This document shows, in pieces, positions 1 to 14,000 of a stretch of DNA of 59,108 nucleotides. The stretch comes from Welwitschia mirabilis (Eukaryota): NCBI GenBank assembly GCA_051453625.1, contig JBOZIK010000001.1, positions 6,398,147-6,457,254 on the forward strand, written 5' to 3'. Under the pieces are notes generated by a model. That model saw only the letters and a list, made by a program, of their open reading frames with translations, was not told where the DNA came from and searched no databases. Both the position numbers and the translations under genes were made by a program. Each line of letters starts with the position of its first letter. Positions within the stretch are counted from its first letter, which is position 1.

Positions 1-687
1 CAATAATTGTGTTTTCTAATTATTTTAAATCTTATAATGTGTTAATAGAGTCTAAATAGGATTTGATTCTAGGTTCCATTGTACATGATAGTTAATAACT
101 ATATACATCGAAAAAAATTATGGTTAATTAGGGTAATTAAAGTTAAGGTGTTACATCTGTAATCTAGCTTATTGGAACTTTACTTAGTGAGTTTAGGTTA
201 CAATGGCAAAAATCACCTAATGCATTTACATTGTGCATATTTATAGCACTATTGGTTTACAAGGAATAGCACATTATTACAACATCTGGACAATTGTAAT
301 ATTAGGTTGGAATTAGGAACAAATGTTGTAGCTTCATGTCCTTGAAATGATTGGATTTGTTATTTCCTAACAATCCTTCGTAAAGCAAGAGATGAGTGAC
401 ATTTGTCAAAACTCCAAAATTCTTACAATTACCTTACTCATATAAAGAAACTATACCATGTAGTTATAATGTAAGGTAATTTCATTTGATAAAGAAAGCC
501 AAAGTTAAATGGTAATATAATTCACCAAATTCTAATGTTTTGCATTACTTTTAAGTTCAATGCAAAAGGATTCACTTAAATTTTTGTGCTATCATTCCTC
601 CCATACCTTAACTTTGCCAGTCCCTTAGTAATCACCAAAATTTTAAGTTACAAGAAATACAAAACTTCCAAATTCATCCTGAGTAAT

Positions 688-1920
688 TCATGCAATCACT
701 TCTCCATTTTGATCTTTGGTAGCCAATCTGTGTTGTTGTAGTCTCTGTAATAAAGGCTTTTCGTTCTCGGAATCTTCGTCATCCTCAGGAAAGCCTTCAT
801 TTGTCAGCACTGTAGATGGTTTTGCTGAGAGACTCTGAGACAAAGCTCCATCATCATCTCCATTTTCTGCAATATCATTCCGAGGGATATGCTTGAGATC
901 GTCACTATTTACGTTCTGGGTTTTTGAAGACTTACATGAATATTTAGGTGACGTGGAACGTACCGCTGGGCCAAGCCTAGTTAAGAAGGGTGGAGTGGTG
1001 TAACCTCCATCTTTATTTTTTTGCATTTATTACTTTTACATTAACGGGGATGGAGTGATGTAACTCCCATCTTTATATTTAGCCGTTACTGTTATTTCCA
1101 TAATAAAGGGGGTGGAGTGGTGTAACCNNNNNNNNNNNNNNNNNNNNNNNNNNNNNNNNNNNNNNNNNNNNNNNNNNNNNNNNNNNNNNNNNNNNNNNNN
1201 NNNNNNNNNNNNNNNNNNNNNNNNNNNNNNNNNNNNNNNNNNNNNNNNNNNNNNNNNNNNNNNNNNNNNNNNNNNNNNNNNNNNNNNNNNNNNNNNNNNN
1301 NNNNNNNNNNNNNNNNNNNNNNNNNNNNNNNNNNNNNNNNNNNNNNNNNNNNNNNNNNNNNNNNNNNNNNNNNNNNNNNNNNNNNNNNNNNNNNNNNNNN
1401 NNNNNNNNNNNNNNNNNNNNNNNNNNNNNNNNNNNNNNNNNNNNNNNNNNNNNNNNNNNNNNNNNNNNNNNNNNNNNNNNNNNNNNNNNNNNNNNNNNNN
1501 NNNNNNNNNNNNNNNNNNNNNNNNNNNNNNNNNNNNNNNNNNNNNNNNNNNNNNNNNNNNNNNNNNNNNNNNNNNNNNNNNNNNNNNNNNNNNNNNNNNN
1601 NNNNNNNNNNNNNNNNNNNNNNNNNNNNNNNNNNNNNNNNNNNNNNNNNNNNNNNNNNNNNNNNNNNNNNNNNNNNNNNNNNNNNNNNNNNNNNNNNNNN
1701 NNNNNNNNNNNNNNNNNNNNNNNNNNNNNNNNNNNNAATTTTTGAAATCGAAGTTATTTGGATTTTCTCTCCCTTTTAAGGGTTTTCTCTTGAACGCTTT
1801 TCGCGCTGCGTCATTAGGCCTGCCGTTCTCAGCTGCTATCTCTAAAACATTCTGGGTGTTCAAAGCTCTGATTGAACCATTATTATTAAGCGAATCAGTC
1901 ACGTCAGAATTCTCTGGCAT
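688..1920 (-). pseudogene. Candidate gene/exon fragment encoding a low-complexity acidic/Ser-rich protein, interrupted by a tandem repeat and a 609-N gap
   Basis: ORFs 688-1026 and 1737-1920 lie in the only CpG-retaining stretch of the window (e.g. tcgcgctgcg at 1801). Both share a TQNV...AENG motif. Stops and a frameshift occur at about 1030-1110. Confidence 0.35.
985..1127. repeat. Degenerate ~60-62 bp tandem repeat with a hairpin core, running into an N gap
   Basis: Core GGRTGGAGTGRTGTAACYYCCATCTTTAT at about 988 and 1048, and truncated at about 1110. The N gap starts at 1128. Confidence 0.8.
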
Positions 1921-2429
1921 TCTTTTCAGTTGTCACAGATGTTCATATTCTTTGAGATAATGGTGTGTGTGTGTGTCTCATATGCCCTTTTCGTTATCTG
2001 ATTTGGTTCAACGGTTGAAACCCTCAGCTTTATTTTCTACTCTGAAAAAAGAAATTTTCATGCTCTATCACTGGTCTGTCTTTGATGTTCTGTAACTTTG
2101 GCGGATGTGTTGCTGTGGTTACAGCGTGAGCAGTGGCGATGGCGTGATGAGAAGCTCGAGACGTGAAAGAGTGATGAAATGGATGATGACTTGACAGAAA
2201 ATGGTCTTCTAAATGGGACGGGTATCTTTCTGGAGTCTCTAAGTAAAGGATGCATAGGTATTTTTAAAAGATGCATTTGAAAGGTTGAGAAGTAGAGGAG
2301 CTATGAAAGAGAAGATGCTTTTTGAATCCTCTTAGAGGGGGAACTTCTAATCCATACTCTAAACAACTCACTCAAAAGAAAAATGCAAATAAATGTCTTT
2401 TTTAGTAAGTTTATGTAAAGTAAGTTGGA

Positions 2430-2925
2430 TGCATTTTTTCTAGAAGGTTTGCATTTTTTCTAGAAGGTTCCTTGTACACTTATAGAAGTGTTAAGCAAAC
2501 ATAGATGGATCGTCTTTACTATCTCAGAAGAGGCCTTCTATGTTAATAGAAGGTGACTTCGAAACTTAAATAAAGGTCTTTTTATAATTGTAGAAGAGGC
2601 CTTTTGAGTTTATAGAAGGGCTCTTTCTACTATTTCAGAAAAGATCTTCTATACTTGTACGAGGGATCTTTGAAATTTATACAAGTGTCCTTTCATAGTT
2701 TCAAGTGAGGCCTTCTATACCTTGTAGAAGGGGTCTTTTAGATGTATAGAAGGTGTATTCTACCATTTTCAAAGAGGCTTTTTAAAGGCTTTATAAGGGG
2801 TTCTTTGTAATTCTAAAAAGGGGTCTCCTACCTATTTTAGAAAAGGTCTTCAACAATTCAAGTAGCAAATTTTTTGTAAGTCTTAGAGGGCCTCTTATAG
2901 TTTAATAAGAGGGTCTTCTAAAGGT
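2430..2925. repeat. Degenerate ~22-bp minisatellite with a near-palindromic AGAAG(A)GGCCTTCT core
   Basis: Recurring tagaag/aggcc/ttcta variants, e.g. cagaagaggccttcta 2526, tagaagaggcctttt 2591, gaggccttcta 2707, tagaaggggtctt 2725. Confidence 0.65.
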
Positions 2926-4149
2926 AAAGACACTTATATTAAGGATTTTGTTTAAGTCTTTTAATCATTTTATAAGTATCTTTTACAATAACAAATTGTT
3001 AGATACTTCAAAAATATAACCTTCAATGAAGATTTATAGCAAAATTGTTAACCATATTACTTTCTTTAATATTGCTTGTCATATATCTTATTTATGGTTT
3101 GAACATGCAGTGCATCAAATGTAGAAGAAAATCAAATGCACTCTGATTTAATTTGCAAATAAGATTTAATATGTCATATCATAACATGGCATAATATTAC
3201 TAATGGAGTACAGTAGAGCTAGAGTAAATAAGGCTATGCTTGATTTACTCTAAGTTGTAATTAATGTAACATTTTTCAATAAAATGTTATATGTGGTAAC
3301 ATTTATTTATGCATAAGGTTATAATTTTAAAGAGTGAATCAAGTAATACTTAATTCAGTCTGCTTAGTTATATACTTAACAATATTTAGCATGTTATTAG
3401 AATCTTCAGATTAATTGATTTTATTGATTTCTTTCATGCTATTAATATTATTTGAATTCAATTTTTAGTTAAATGAAACAAGTGTCATATTGTAGTATCC
3501 AATTAGAAAGCAACTTCCGTTATTCTACATATACCTCTTCATCTCACACTAAAAAGTAAACGAGTCTTATTATTTTTGCATAGATTTATTTCATGCCTTC
3601 CTTTATATAGATCTTCCCTCAATCATTCTCTTCTCCACTTATGATCAATCTTAGTAAATTAACCCCTAGAATTGCATTGTTCTTAAAGAAACTTTATCAC
3701 ACTTCATCATGGACTTCTTCCAAGATCTTAGTTGGTTCTTTAATTATTAAAATTAAAAGAGGCTTGTCAACTTTTCAAATAGCCACTCACAAGAGGTATT
3801 GATTCTATCAACTACTTTGCAAACTATGAATATTTTTCTAGCACCTAATAAGAGATTTAAAAGAAGGTGCAACAATATAAAGAACAAGTTTAAAAGGCCC
3901 TTTTACTAGATTTTAGTTCTAGTTTATACCTTAATTTCTTATGTTTGTCCCCTCTTTTCCTTTTTCTTTTATTTCCTTCCCTACTTTTCTACTTGAGTCA
4001 TTAACTTTATGAGGTTTATCTAATAAACACTTTGAGTTTTAATAAGATCCTTATTTCTTTATATTTCAATTATGAAATCTTTTTGTCTAGTGTTCACGTG
4101 TTTTCTTTCATTTCTTTTTATTAAAAGTAAATTATTACTTCTAATAATC

Positions 4150-6050
4150 TAATATATTCAACTAAATACTATTATAATAAAATAAAAATGAATTTATTAT
4201 TAAAATAGCCTTCATCGATAATACCTTAGTACAAGAAATTTATTATCCTTATCTTATACCTATACCAATGGATAGAGTTTAATAGGTTACTATTAAGGTA
4301 GTGCTATTTAATTTGGAAAGGTTAAAGAATTAATTAATAAGATACTCAATGACATGAATAATATTCAACTTTGTAGTTCAATGAGATAATTACTTACCAA
4401 AGGAAAAAGTTAAAGGAAATTCAAATAGTAAATTGGAAAGCATAGGAAAGAGAAACCTGCAATGGAGTTTTTCATTTATGTTAATACCATTGAAGTGAGT
4501 AAAGAAGTTGTACATTCCATAGAACACTTTTAGGAAGTAAACTGCCCTTGTGGAAATAAATCACAATTTTTGAAATGTATTATTTAGTAAAAGCTTTAAA
4601 GCCTTTTATTGGAAAATCTATTTATAAGTAACATATATTGTAAAAGTATCTAAGGTAGTGCCTTGATTATTGATTTATTAATGGCGAGGAAGGCCTTCTT
4701 TACTTTCTCATCCAATTGGTCAATTGATCCTTCTTTAACATGTTGTTAATTGGCCTAACTAGTTTAGAAAATGTTGCAATAAATAGATGAACAAAGTTGA
4801 TCTTCCCAAAGAAGGATTTAATTGCTTCTTTGTCAAGGGATATGGGATCTTAAGGATTGCATTAAGTATTTTAGTATTAATTGAAATCCCATCTTTCATG
4901 ATAATGTATTTGAGTAATTTTCTGATAGCACTTCAAATACCAACTTCTTAACATTCAAAGATACTTCATAATGTCAACATATTTTGAAGACACATCATAA
5001 GTCCTAAATGTAAGTGCCTCTATCTTGTAAAAATATAGTGATGTCATACAAGTAAATAATAATGCATTGTCCTATCAAACCCTTAAATGTTTTATCCATG
5101 ACTCCTTAAAAGGTTGATCCCACATTGATAAGGCCAAAAGGCATTTTTGCGAATTAAAAAGTTTCCCACTTAGTTGTGAATGTAGTCATGTGTCAATCGG
5201 ATTTTTACAAGTAACTAGTTGTATCCCAAATAACCATCTGAAAATGAGTACCTTTGTGATCCATTAATCACTTGCAACAACTCTTCCATATCCGGTAGGG
5301 GATAATTACCTTTAATGCATACAGAATTTAGATTTCTAAAATCTACACATAACCAAATTTTACCTAATTTCTTTCTTACAAGTACTAAGTTTGCTATCCA
5401 GCTCAAATGTCTCACTAGGTAAATGATTTTTTATTCAAGAAGCTTGTTGATTTCCAATTTCATAATAGGCTTAATTTTTGGGTACACTTTTCTTAGTTTT
5501 TGATAGCATGGTTTAATGTTTTATAAAATAGGGATCATGTGTATCATAATAAAAGTGTTATACACCTTGAGATCCTTATATGACCATGCTAAAACATCAT
5601 TAAACTCATGTAATAAATGAATAAGTTCCTTCTTCTCATCAGCGTGTAGCTGAATATTAATCTTGATAGGAAGGTCTTTATGATTATTATGAACATTGAT
5701 AACCTTAGTCTCAATCAGATTCTGTAAATCATTTTGCTCTAATCTTAGTTTAATTTCCAAGTCTTCCTATCAAATTCTCCTTTAAGAAGTTTATGTTCAA
5801 GTTGATTGAGAAGAATATTAAGAGGTTTATCTTTGTCATATCCTCATGATCTCGTACTTGAACTTTAATGATGCTATCTTGAAATTTTTCTTGTATGGTC
5901 ATGAATTTGGAAAACTATTTGTTATCATTAAAAATTTGCAAATGTATGACATTATCTAGGATTAAATAATGGGATAACTTCTCAATCGTTACTTGAGTAT
6001 CATATTTTATATTTATGAAGGGTATATCCAAAACAAATGCATCTTGTAAA
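4150..6050 (-). mobile_element. Decayed Tat-like Ty3/gypsy pol fragment (pre-RT linker, RT, start of RNase H)
   Basis: ORF 5215-5415 reads WIANLVLVRKKLGKIWLCVDFRNLN...YPLP. PFGLINVGSTF lies near 5110-5140. ORF 5521-5760 reads LLHEFNDVLAWSYKDL. Confidence 0.8.
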
Positions 6051-6059
6051 AGGGAAACC

Positions 6060-8723
6060 CAGATTTTTGTACTTAGGTGAAAAATAGTTCTAAATAATTA
6101 CACTAGTTTGTTGGGTTAAGAAGGCTTTACTCTTAACATTCATTTGTCTTTTCACAGTGCACATTTCTTTAAGGAATTTTGCATAGGAGGCCACCTTTTT
6201 AATCACTTTTAAGAAAGGCATGTTGATCTTAGCTTCTTTAAAAATTTCTAAGGCTTCTAATTGTTATTTCTTGATGCTCTTCTTTCTAAGATGTTGGGGA
6301 AAAGATAAAGGCTCTTTGTATGTGGGTAAAGATTCTTCTAAGTTTATTATATTTTCTTTATGTAAATCTTGATGGAAAGGTAAAGCTTTTTAAAAAGGTG
6401 TTGTGTATTTTTATTTTACTTTTCCTCATCTTTAGATTTACTCTAAGTTAAATCTTGATTAATTTCTATGCCACTTATAAGGTGAATAGTTTTGGTTTAT
6501 CTTAAGTGATTTGATCCTTCTTTGAGAAACTTAACTCCCTTAGGATTTGGTTGAGTATTTATTGGGAGTTTTCATGGGTCTCTATGGTCTAAGGTAAGGA
6601 GAATCTGTGTTTGGGTTCATTGGATAAATTGAAGAATTTGAGAAATAGATTAGGTGTTTTTCTCTAGATTAGCTAATGATGAGGGACGTTGCTTGAGGAT
6701 TGATTCATGGCTATGATTAATTTGGACTTGATTTTCCATGAATTTATTTACAGATTCCTAAAAAAGATTGAATGAAGATGGTTTTTGGTAGTTGGATTAC
6801 AATGAATGGGATAAGGATGAAGGAAATGGATTTATTGATTAACTAATTTAATCATCTTATTTCGAAGAAAAATTAGGGTGATTCCTTTACCTAAGCTTGT
6901 ATGTGTTAGAGCAAGGATCATTTTTCGAGTTTTGCCACTAGTTCCCTACTACATTACCTTGTTTGTTAATAATGTTCTAGAATAAGAAAGTGGAGGAATA
7001 GTTGGCTATTTCCAGAGTTTCAATGTGATAAATTAAGAATTCTGGTGTAGCAATCATGGATGAAGATGAAGGGGAGGTGGTTGAAGATTCAAATTTTCAT
7101 GCTTGTTTGTTTATCTTGTTATTGACTTTGAAGTTTTTAAGAATTTTAAAAACACTTGTCGATCTAACAGGATGGTGCAATCTAGATGGTTCAATGGTTT
7201 TTTTCCAATTTTTCAAACTTTTGGCTACACTCTTAAGGTATTTCTAAACTTCATATAAAGGCATGTTAAAGAAGTTTCTCCTACTCATCATCTCAACTAA
7301 TTGACTATTGTTGATAGATAACCCATCATAGAAAAAACTTATCTCCCTCCCTAGCTTGAATCCATGTTGAAAACATTTATGAATTAAGTCTTTAAATCTC
7401 TCTAGGGCTTAGGAGAATGTTTTGTGTTCCTTTTATTTATAGTTCATAATTTTTTACCTTAAGGCATTTATTTTGTTACTAGAAAATGATTTCGAGATGG
7501 AGGATTTACTAAGGTTAGTCCAAGATCTTATGGGAAAGGGTTTGAGAATGTACAACCAAGATCTTGATTTTTCTTTTAAAGAAAAATGAAATAAGATAAG
7601 CCTAAGAGCATTGTCAGTGTTTTGATATTAAGGGATGGTTGATAGAACATATTTAAATTATTTGAGGTTGAGGAATGAGCCTTCAAATTCTAATCCATGG
7701 AAATGGAGTAGACGTTATATGTTGAAGGCTTAAATTCTAGCATTTAATGTATGGGTAGTAGCAAGATGCATGAGCAGTTCCTAGGGATTATGATTAGAGA
7801 TAATTACAAAGGATTTGTCTAAGTTGATTTGGGTTAGAAACAATAGTGATAGTGACTTGTTGTTTGGCTACCTCTTAGATAAGGTAGTAGGCCATTAAAT
7901 AGATGATTAAGTTCTAAGTAGATGTGGCTTTTCTAATTATGATATTTAGATCATGCTGCTATCATTGTGGGGACTAGGGATATTACTGATTATTATTTTA
8001 GTTATTTTAAGAGGATGAGGCTTATTTTTTTTGGGAATATTTAGGGGGTTAGTTTTGATTTCGGGATTTGATCTCTCACATTGTATCATGACTAGTGAAG
8101 AGATCTATATTATTTCAAATTGGGTGTAATGCATATAAAAATAAGTTTAGGCTAGTTTTAGGTAAGTTCGGGTCAGTTTTTATAAAGCCTATACATTATA
8201 AAGGTTTTAGGGTCTAGATAAAGAGTTGGGGTGAAAGCACAAAATGCTCTAGATGCAAAGGATCATGGCATTGGGGAATGAAGGTAACAACACAAGTCAG
8301 AGTATGAAATTCACATTCAAATTTTACACAGAGGTTTACAAGACACATGCAGAATGATTATAGTAATAAGATCATAGAGAAATAAATCTAGAGCAAAAAA
8401 TGTAAATGAAATCAGATGAAATTATGTAAAAACTTTTAAGAATTTTAATGTTTTACTCACAACAAAATTACAAAAACACAGAAAAAACTGAATTAGAAAA
8501 TATAACTTGTATGCAACATAACATAAAGTTAATTAAAATTTTTTAAGTTTTTACTTCTAATATAACTTGCAAAAAACTATTAGATCTGCAAAATAAAACA
8601 CATTAGAATAAAATAAAAATAAACTTTAAAAATCAATAGTACTAGTCTGAGTTTCATTAGAATAACTAATACCAACTACTAGAAGAAAAACTAGCACATA
8701 AAATTTAAAAAAATAAGGATCAA
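6060..8723 (-). mobile_element. Outer Athila-like element: 5' leader and decayed gag
   Basis: KEAKINMPFLKVIKKVASYAKFLKEMCTVKR at 6150-6245. Retrotrans_gag-like LILFHFSLKEKSRSWLY at about 7550-7600. Homologous to the inner element's gag at 14900-16750. Confidence 0.8.
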
Positions 8724-9972
8724 TGATTAACTTTGTAGTACAATGAACTGGATTTAAAACTAAGTTAGAAACTTAGTTATCATTCTTCCTTAGGGATAAC
8801 ATTGGGTACTGACTAGAATTACACTAAATTTAACCGTAATGCAAGTACAAAAAGAAATAAAAGAGAAGAAGAGATGAAATTTAGAATCGAGTCTGAACTT
8901 CATCTAAGAGAGTAGGAAAGAAAACTAGCTCTAAGCTATTGTCGATTTATCCTTTGTAATCCTTCACTTTAAAGTTATCCATCCACCTTCCTGCAAAATA
9001 ATAAAAATCATCAAGTGTTTTTTGTCTAATTCATAGGGCATAATTTCATCCACCATATGATAGATAGTGAATTTAACTAATACTTTAATCTTAAATAACA
9101 ATAGAAAATAAGGGCTTCTAAAGCACTTAAGATCTATGAAATTAAAATACTAAGCAATAAAGAAGAATTCATGTACTAAATTAAACTTGATAGTTAAAAT
9201 AGTTATCTAAGCATCCTAATTACAATTTTACTCATGAATCAAGATCAAAGAAAAATAACTTTTATATTACAGAAAGAACAACTTTACAACAAAGAAAGAA
9301 GGAAGCAGGAAGAACTCTTCAGTAATCGTCAAATACTATCTTACTCCCCCAAAGGGTTGCCCAGAAAGCCATCATAATTTGATGCTTCAAAGTCTTCAAT
9401 TTCTCCAAGGCAAAGATGAATATAATGAAGGGTTCGAAGCCCTTTTATAAGGAGATATGGGGGTAAGGGATGGGTACAACTCTTGGCTTATAGCATTAGG
9501 TAGAATCTTTATCATTTAGCATTAGGTAGATAGAATTCTATCTTATAGCATTTCACAGAGGCTGTTAGGTACTGTTTGGTGGAGCCTTCATCATGTAGCA
9601 TTTGGTGGAGTCTTCATAATAATGAGTTTAACATGTGGCCTTTGGAACTAGATTCCTCTTCCAACCAGTGCTATCACCACATGTCTCCAATTCCACCTTT
9701 ACCATGTATCTTTGATTGCTTTTTCTAAATGTCACCACCTCATGTCTCCATTTGCCATAATTGTTTTATGTGGAATTGAGTCCTTCTTTCATCATATGTT
9801 CCAAAACATGGCTAAGAATCTATAATTAATATGGAGAAAAACATAACATTAATTCTTATTTTAAAAATAATAGAAGAAAGATCTAATGATTAGAATAATT
9901 AAATTAATATCTTTATTCATAATAAGTTAGCCTAAAACACTTGATATAAGTGTCAATGTTTACACATTAACA
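8724..9972 (-). repeat. 3' LTR of the inner Athila-like element
   Basis: Aligns along its length with 17403-18662. Minus-strand ends are TGTTAA...TCA. Confidence 0.9.
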
Positions 9973-9984
9973 TCCCCTCTAACC
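9973..9984 (-). other. Polypurine tract
   Basis: GGTTAGAGGGGA on the minus strand, immediately before the 3' LTR. Confidence 0.75.
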
Positions 9985-11030
9985 AGTCTTTTGCTAGTGC
10001 CTTAGTAGAAAAAGTCAATAATAATATGATTAAACATGGAAAAGTTATCTATGTCAAAGTGCGTTAAGTGTGTGAATGATATAACTTGAATTTTATGACC
10101 AATTTTATATGATTAAGGCATCAAAGTAAAAAATTTTAGTGAAAATTGAGATGCCATGCCCCCAACCAAAACTTGACTTTATCCTCAAAGTTTATGGTAA
10201 AAATTTTAAGTTATTTAAAAAAATAAGTGTGGGTGAATCGTAATGATTTTTTTATTGAAAATAATGTAATATAAGTTAAGGAAAGAGGCTCATGATTTAC
10301 AAATAAACCTGTGCTAAATAAAAAAACTCTTTGTAAAAACAGTTGATGCCTTAGGAGTTATTCTTCATGAAAATGATATGAAGTGGAATGTAGTGAAATT
10401 ATGCATGTAAATAAGATGGAAAATGTGTAAATGGAGTAAAACCAGAAATGGATGAATAAATAAGAAAACTATCTTAAGTTATTAATCCTTATTACATTTC
10501 TATATTTTTAGTGAACTACGACATCAACAAAGTTAATTTTAAACTAAGTAACATATAGGAATCTATGGAATAGATGCAAATCCTAGGCATGAAAGTTAAG
10601 AAACATGGTTCACATAAGGCCTCTGATTACCACCTTTTCATTCCTTTGTTTTTCATTTCTACCTTCGCATATGTTGTTAGTATTATACCTTTAAACCACA
10701 TTGAGCATTCAATGTTAACAACATTTTCTACCAACATAGTTAATCATGTTGTTTTGTGTAAAATTTAGTGCTACATTGCCAGTGAGGGTTTATAACCCTG
10801 ATGTAGATGAACATGTTACAATTAGATCATTAGAGATGCATTATCAGTAGGTGTTTATAGCCCCAATGTAGTTAACTAAATCCAAATAAGTAATTAGTAT
10901 TATGTGCTTTTGGGGAAGAGATATATTATTTTTCTTTTTTTTGAAGATATAGTGGGTAGGTAATTTTGTGTTACACAAATGCACAATGGCACTTGAGATT
11001 TTGTAATATTTTCCATATTATGTTCCCTAC

Positions 11031-11098
11031 CACTACTGGGGTTTGAACTTTAGACTTCTAGATCCATGTGTCTATGACCTTACCACTTTGGTAAGCTA
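11031..11098 (-). other. tRNA-derived/SINE-like relic
   Basis: Minus strand TAGCTTACCAAAGTGGTAAGG...AAGTTCAAACCCC has A-box-like and B-box-like (GTTCAAACC) motifs at tRNA-like spacing. Confidence 0.4.
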
Positions 11099-14000
11099 TT
11101 ATTGATGATATATAATTTTCTTTTCTTCATTTTTCCATAGTTATTTTTTATGCACTTTAGGAGGTCATTGGTCCATTAGCCTAGTAAAGATAAATCTTGT
11201 CCCTATTAAAGGCTTTTTATTTAAAGAGTACATGTAAAGATAAATCCCACCTTTTTGACCTGGTTTTACCAAAATCGAAGACCCTAAGAGAATGTATTTA
11301 TAACTAACCTACTTGAAATAAGCGTTCTTTCCCTTAAAGACCCATAAGTAAAATGGATCTTATCCATTACTTAGGTGATAACATGATCTCAAATTATTGG
11401 TTTTTGTTTTAAGATCTTTTAACCTGGATCAATAAGTCTCAAAAACTCATGGCTTGATGGTTTAGGTGAATGGTTTGTGGATGTGACAGAGTAATTTGAC
11501 AATGGACTTAATGAATGATAAGGTTTAAAAGGGTGGTGGAATAAGTGATAATGTTTTAGGCAGTGTGTATTAACTTTAAGGAGTTGATTGTTCTTGGGAT
11601 TTTCAATGAGAATAACTCCATGTGAAAAAAAATTTTTCATTAAAAAGGATCCTTTTCACTTAGTTACTAGTTTTCCTAAAAAAATATGTAAGCATCAACT
11701 ATATAGCAAAAATAATTTTTCCTCCTAAAAACTTTTTCTAAGAATATGTTAATCATGAAACTTTTTCATCCTATCCTTGTTTATTCTTATGTTTTCATAG
11801 GCATCATTTCTAATTTTGTCTAGTTCATTGAGTTGTATTACCCTATTTTTCTTTGCAACCTCTAAGTCTAAGTTTATATTCTTGACCACCCAATAAGCAG
11901 TATGTTCAATTTCCATAGGTAAATGACATGATTTATGATAAACTAATCAAAAAGGTTACATCCCTAAGGGTGGTTTATAGGCAATGCTGTATGTCCATAA
12001 GATATCATTAAGTTTGAAGAACTAGTTTTTTCATGTTGAGTTTACTACTTTTTGAAGGATTTCCTTAAGTTCCCTATTCATAACATCAACTTGGCCACTT
12101 GTTTGAGGGTGATAAGGTGTTGTGACTTTATGTGTAACCTTGTATTTAGTAAGAAGGTTGTTGAATATTTTATTAAAAAAGTGCATCCCTCCATCGCTAA
12201 TTAAAATACGTGAATAACTAAAATGAGTTAAGACATTTTCTTTAAAGAATCTAACTATTGTTTCAGTATTGTTTGCTTGACAAGCACAAGTTTGATCCAT
12301 TTAGTTATGTAGTTAACACAAATAAGGATGTATTGATGCTTGTTAAATAATGGATAAAGGCCTTGGAAATCGATTCCTCATACATCAAAGGCTTCAACAA
12401 CAAGACTAAGGTTTAAAGCCATCATTTATTTACATAAAAGACTCCCTAAGCTTAGACAGTTATTACAAGATCTACATTAAAGATAAGAGTCTCTAAAACT
12501 AATGGCTAATAAAAACTATATTAGGGGATTTTTGTTGTAATCTTATTAGCTAAGTAATGACTCCCACAAGCCTCAGAATGATAATGTTTAACTATGTCAT
12601 GAACGTTAGTTTAGGGGATACATTTATGAATGACTTGGTCCAAACAATATTTAAAAAGATATGGGCTATCCTAGAAGAAATATTTGATTTGGTTCAAAAA
12701 CCTCTTTTTATCATTAAAGGTCTAGTGGAAAGGAACATTTTAGAGACTAAGTAATTGGTGATATATACAAACCAAGGTGTTTATTTGACTAAAAAGAAAT
12801 GTTCATCTAGAAAAGTGTCATCAATAAGATGTATGTAGATTCTTTGAAGATATTCATAAAACATGATCTATAATAACGTTGTTCAAGCCTTTCTTATCCT
12901 TAATCTATAAATCAAATTTTAAAGGAGGGGGATCCATATGATGTGATTTTGAATCCTTTTTGGCAAAAATGTATTTAAAGGCTGAGTGATTAGTGTAAAT
13001 GACTACCTTAGATCCTAAAAGTGATTACCTAAATTTTTTAAGAGTAAAGATAATAGCCAAAATCTCCTTCCTTGTAACAGTGTAATTGATTTAAGTGTTA
13101 TTTAAATTTTTATTAGTGTATTAAATCACAGTTGATTTTTTTGTTGACTCTTTATCCTAAAATGGCTCCTACTACAAAGTTACTTGCATTACACATAAGT
13201 TCAAAGGGTAACTTCCAATTAGGTGATTGGATATAGTTATAGAAGTTAGTTTTTCTTTAAGTTATTTAGATGTGTTTTGATACTCTGGAGTTAATTGGAA
13301 GGAATCATCCTTGCTTAAAAGGTCTAGTAATGGCTTAGAGATTTTACTAAAAGCCTTAAATGAATTACCTATAATATTTTATATTCCCTAAGAAAGATCT
13401 AATGTATTTTTGTTTTTGAGGAATTGGTAGGTATGTGATCAATGAGATCTTAGTAAGATCTACCTCAATTTATTCCTTAGAGATGATATGTCCTAAAACT
13501 ATACCTTGATTTACCATAAAATGGAATTTTTCCCAGTTGAATGTAAGGCGTTTTTCAATGCATATTTCGGGGATACTTCTAAGTTGCTCAAACAATGGTT
13601 AAGATTCAATAAATGAAGAAGTCATCCATGAATATTTTGCCACCTAAATCTAATAAGCTAAAGAAGATTCTAAACATGGAATGTTGGAAAGTAACAAGTG
13701 CATTGCATAGGTCAAAGAACGTTCATTTGTAAGCAAACATTTCATACAGGTAAGTGAAGGTGGTTTTATCTTGATCTTCAGGAGTAATTTCAATCTGATC
13801 ATAACCTGAGTACCCATCCAAAAAATGGTAAAAAGGGTATCGTGCGAGTTTTTCTAAAATTTGATTAAAAAAAGAAATAGGGTAACAATATTTTCTAGAC
13901 ATAGAATTTAATTTTTTGTAATCAATGTACATCCTCCATATTATAGCAAGTTTGGTGGGAATCATCTCATTAAGCTAACTAGTGATAAGGGTAATTCCTA

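Noticed and set aside
688-1026. DNA topoisomerase I N-terminal exon (DSE.EKPL..RL-like motif)
   Set aside because: It is a single short low-complexity motif with no catalytic-domain exon in the window, so no gene symbol was assigned.
985-1127. CRISPR-like hairpin repeat/spacer array
   Set aside because: The repeats are not identical, the spacers resemble each other, no cas genes are present and the context is eukaryotic.
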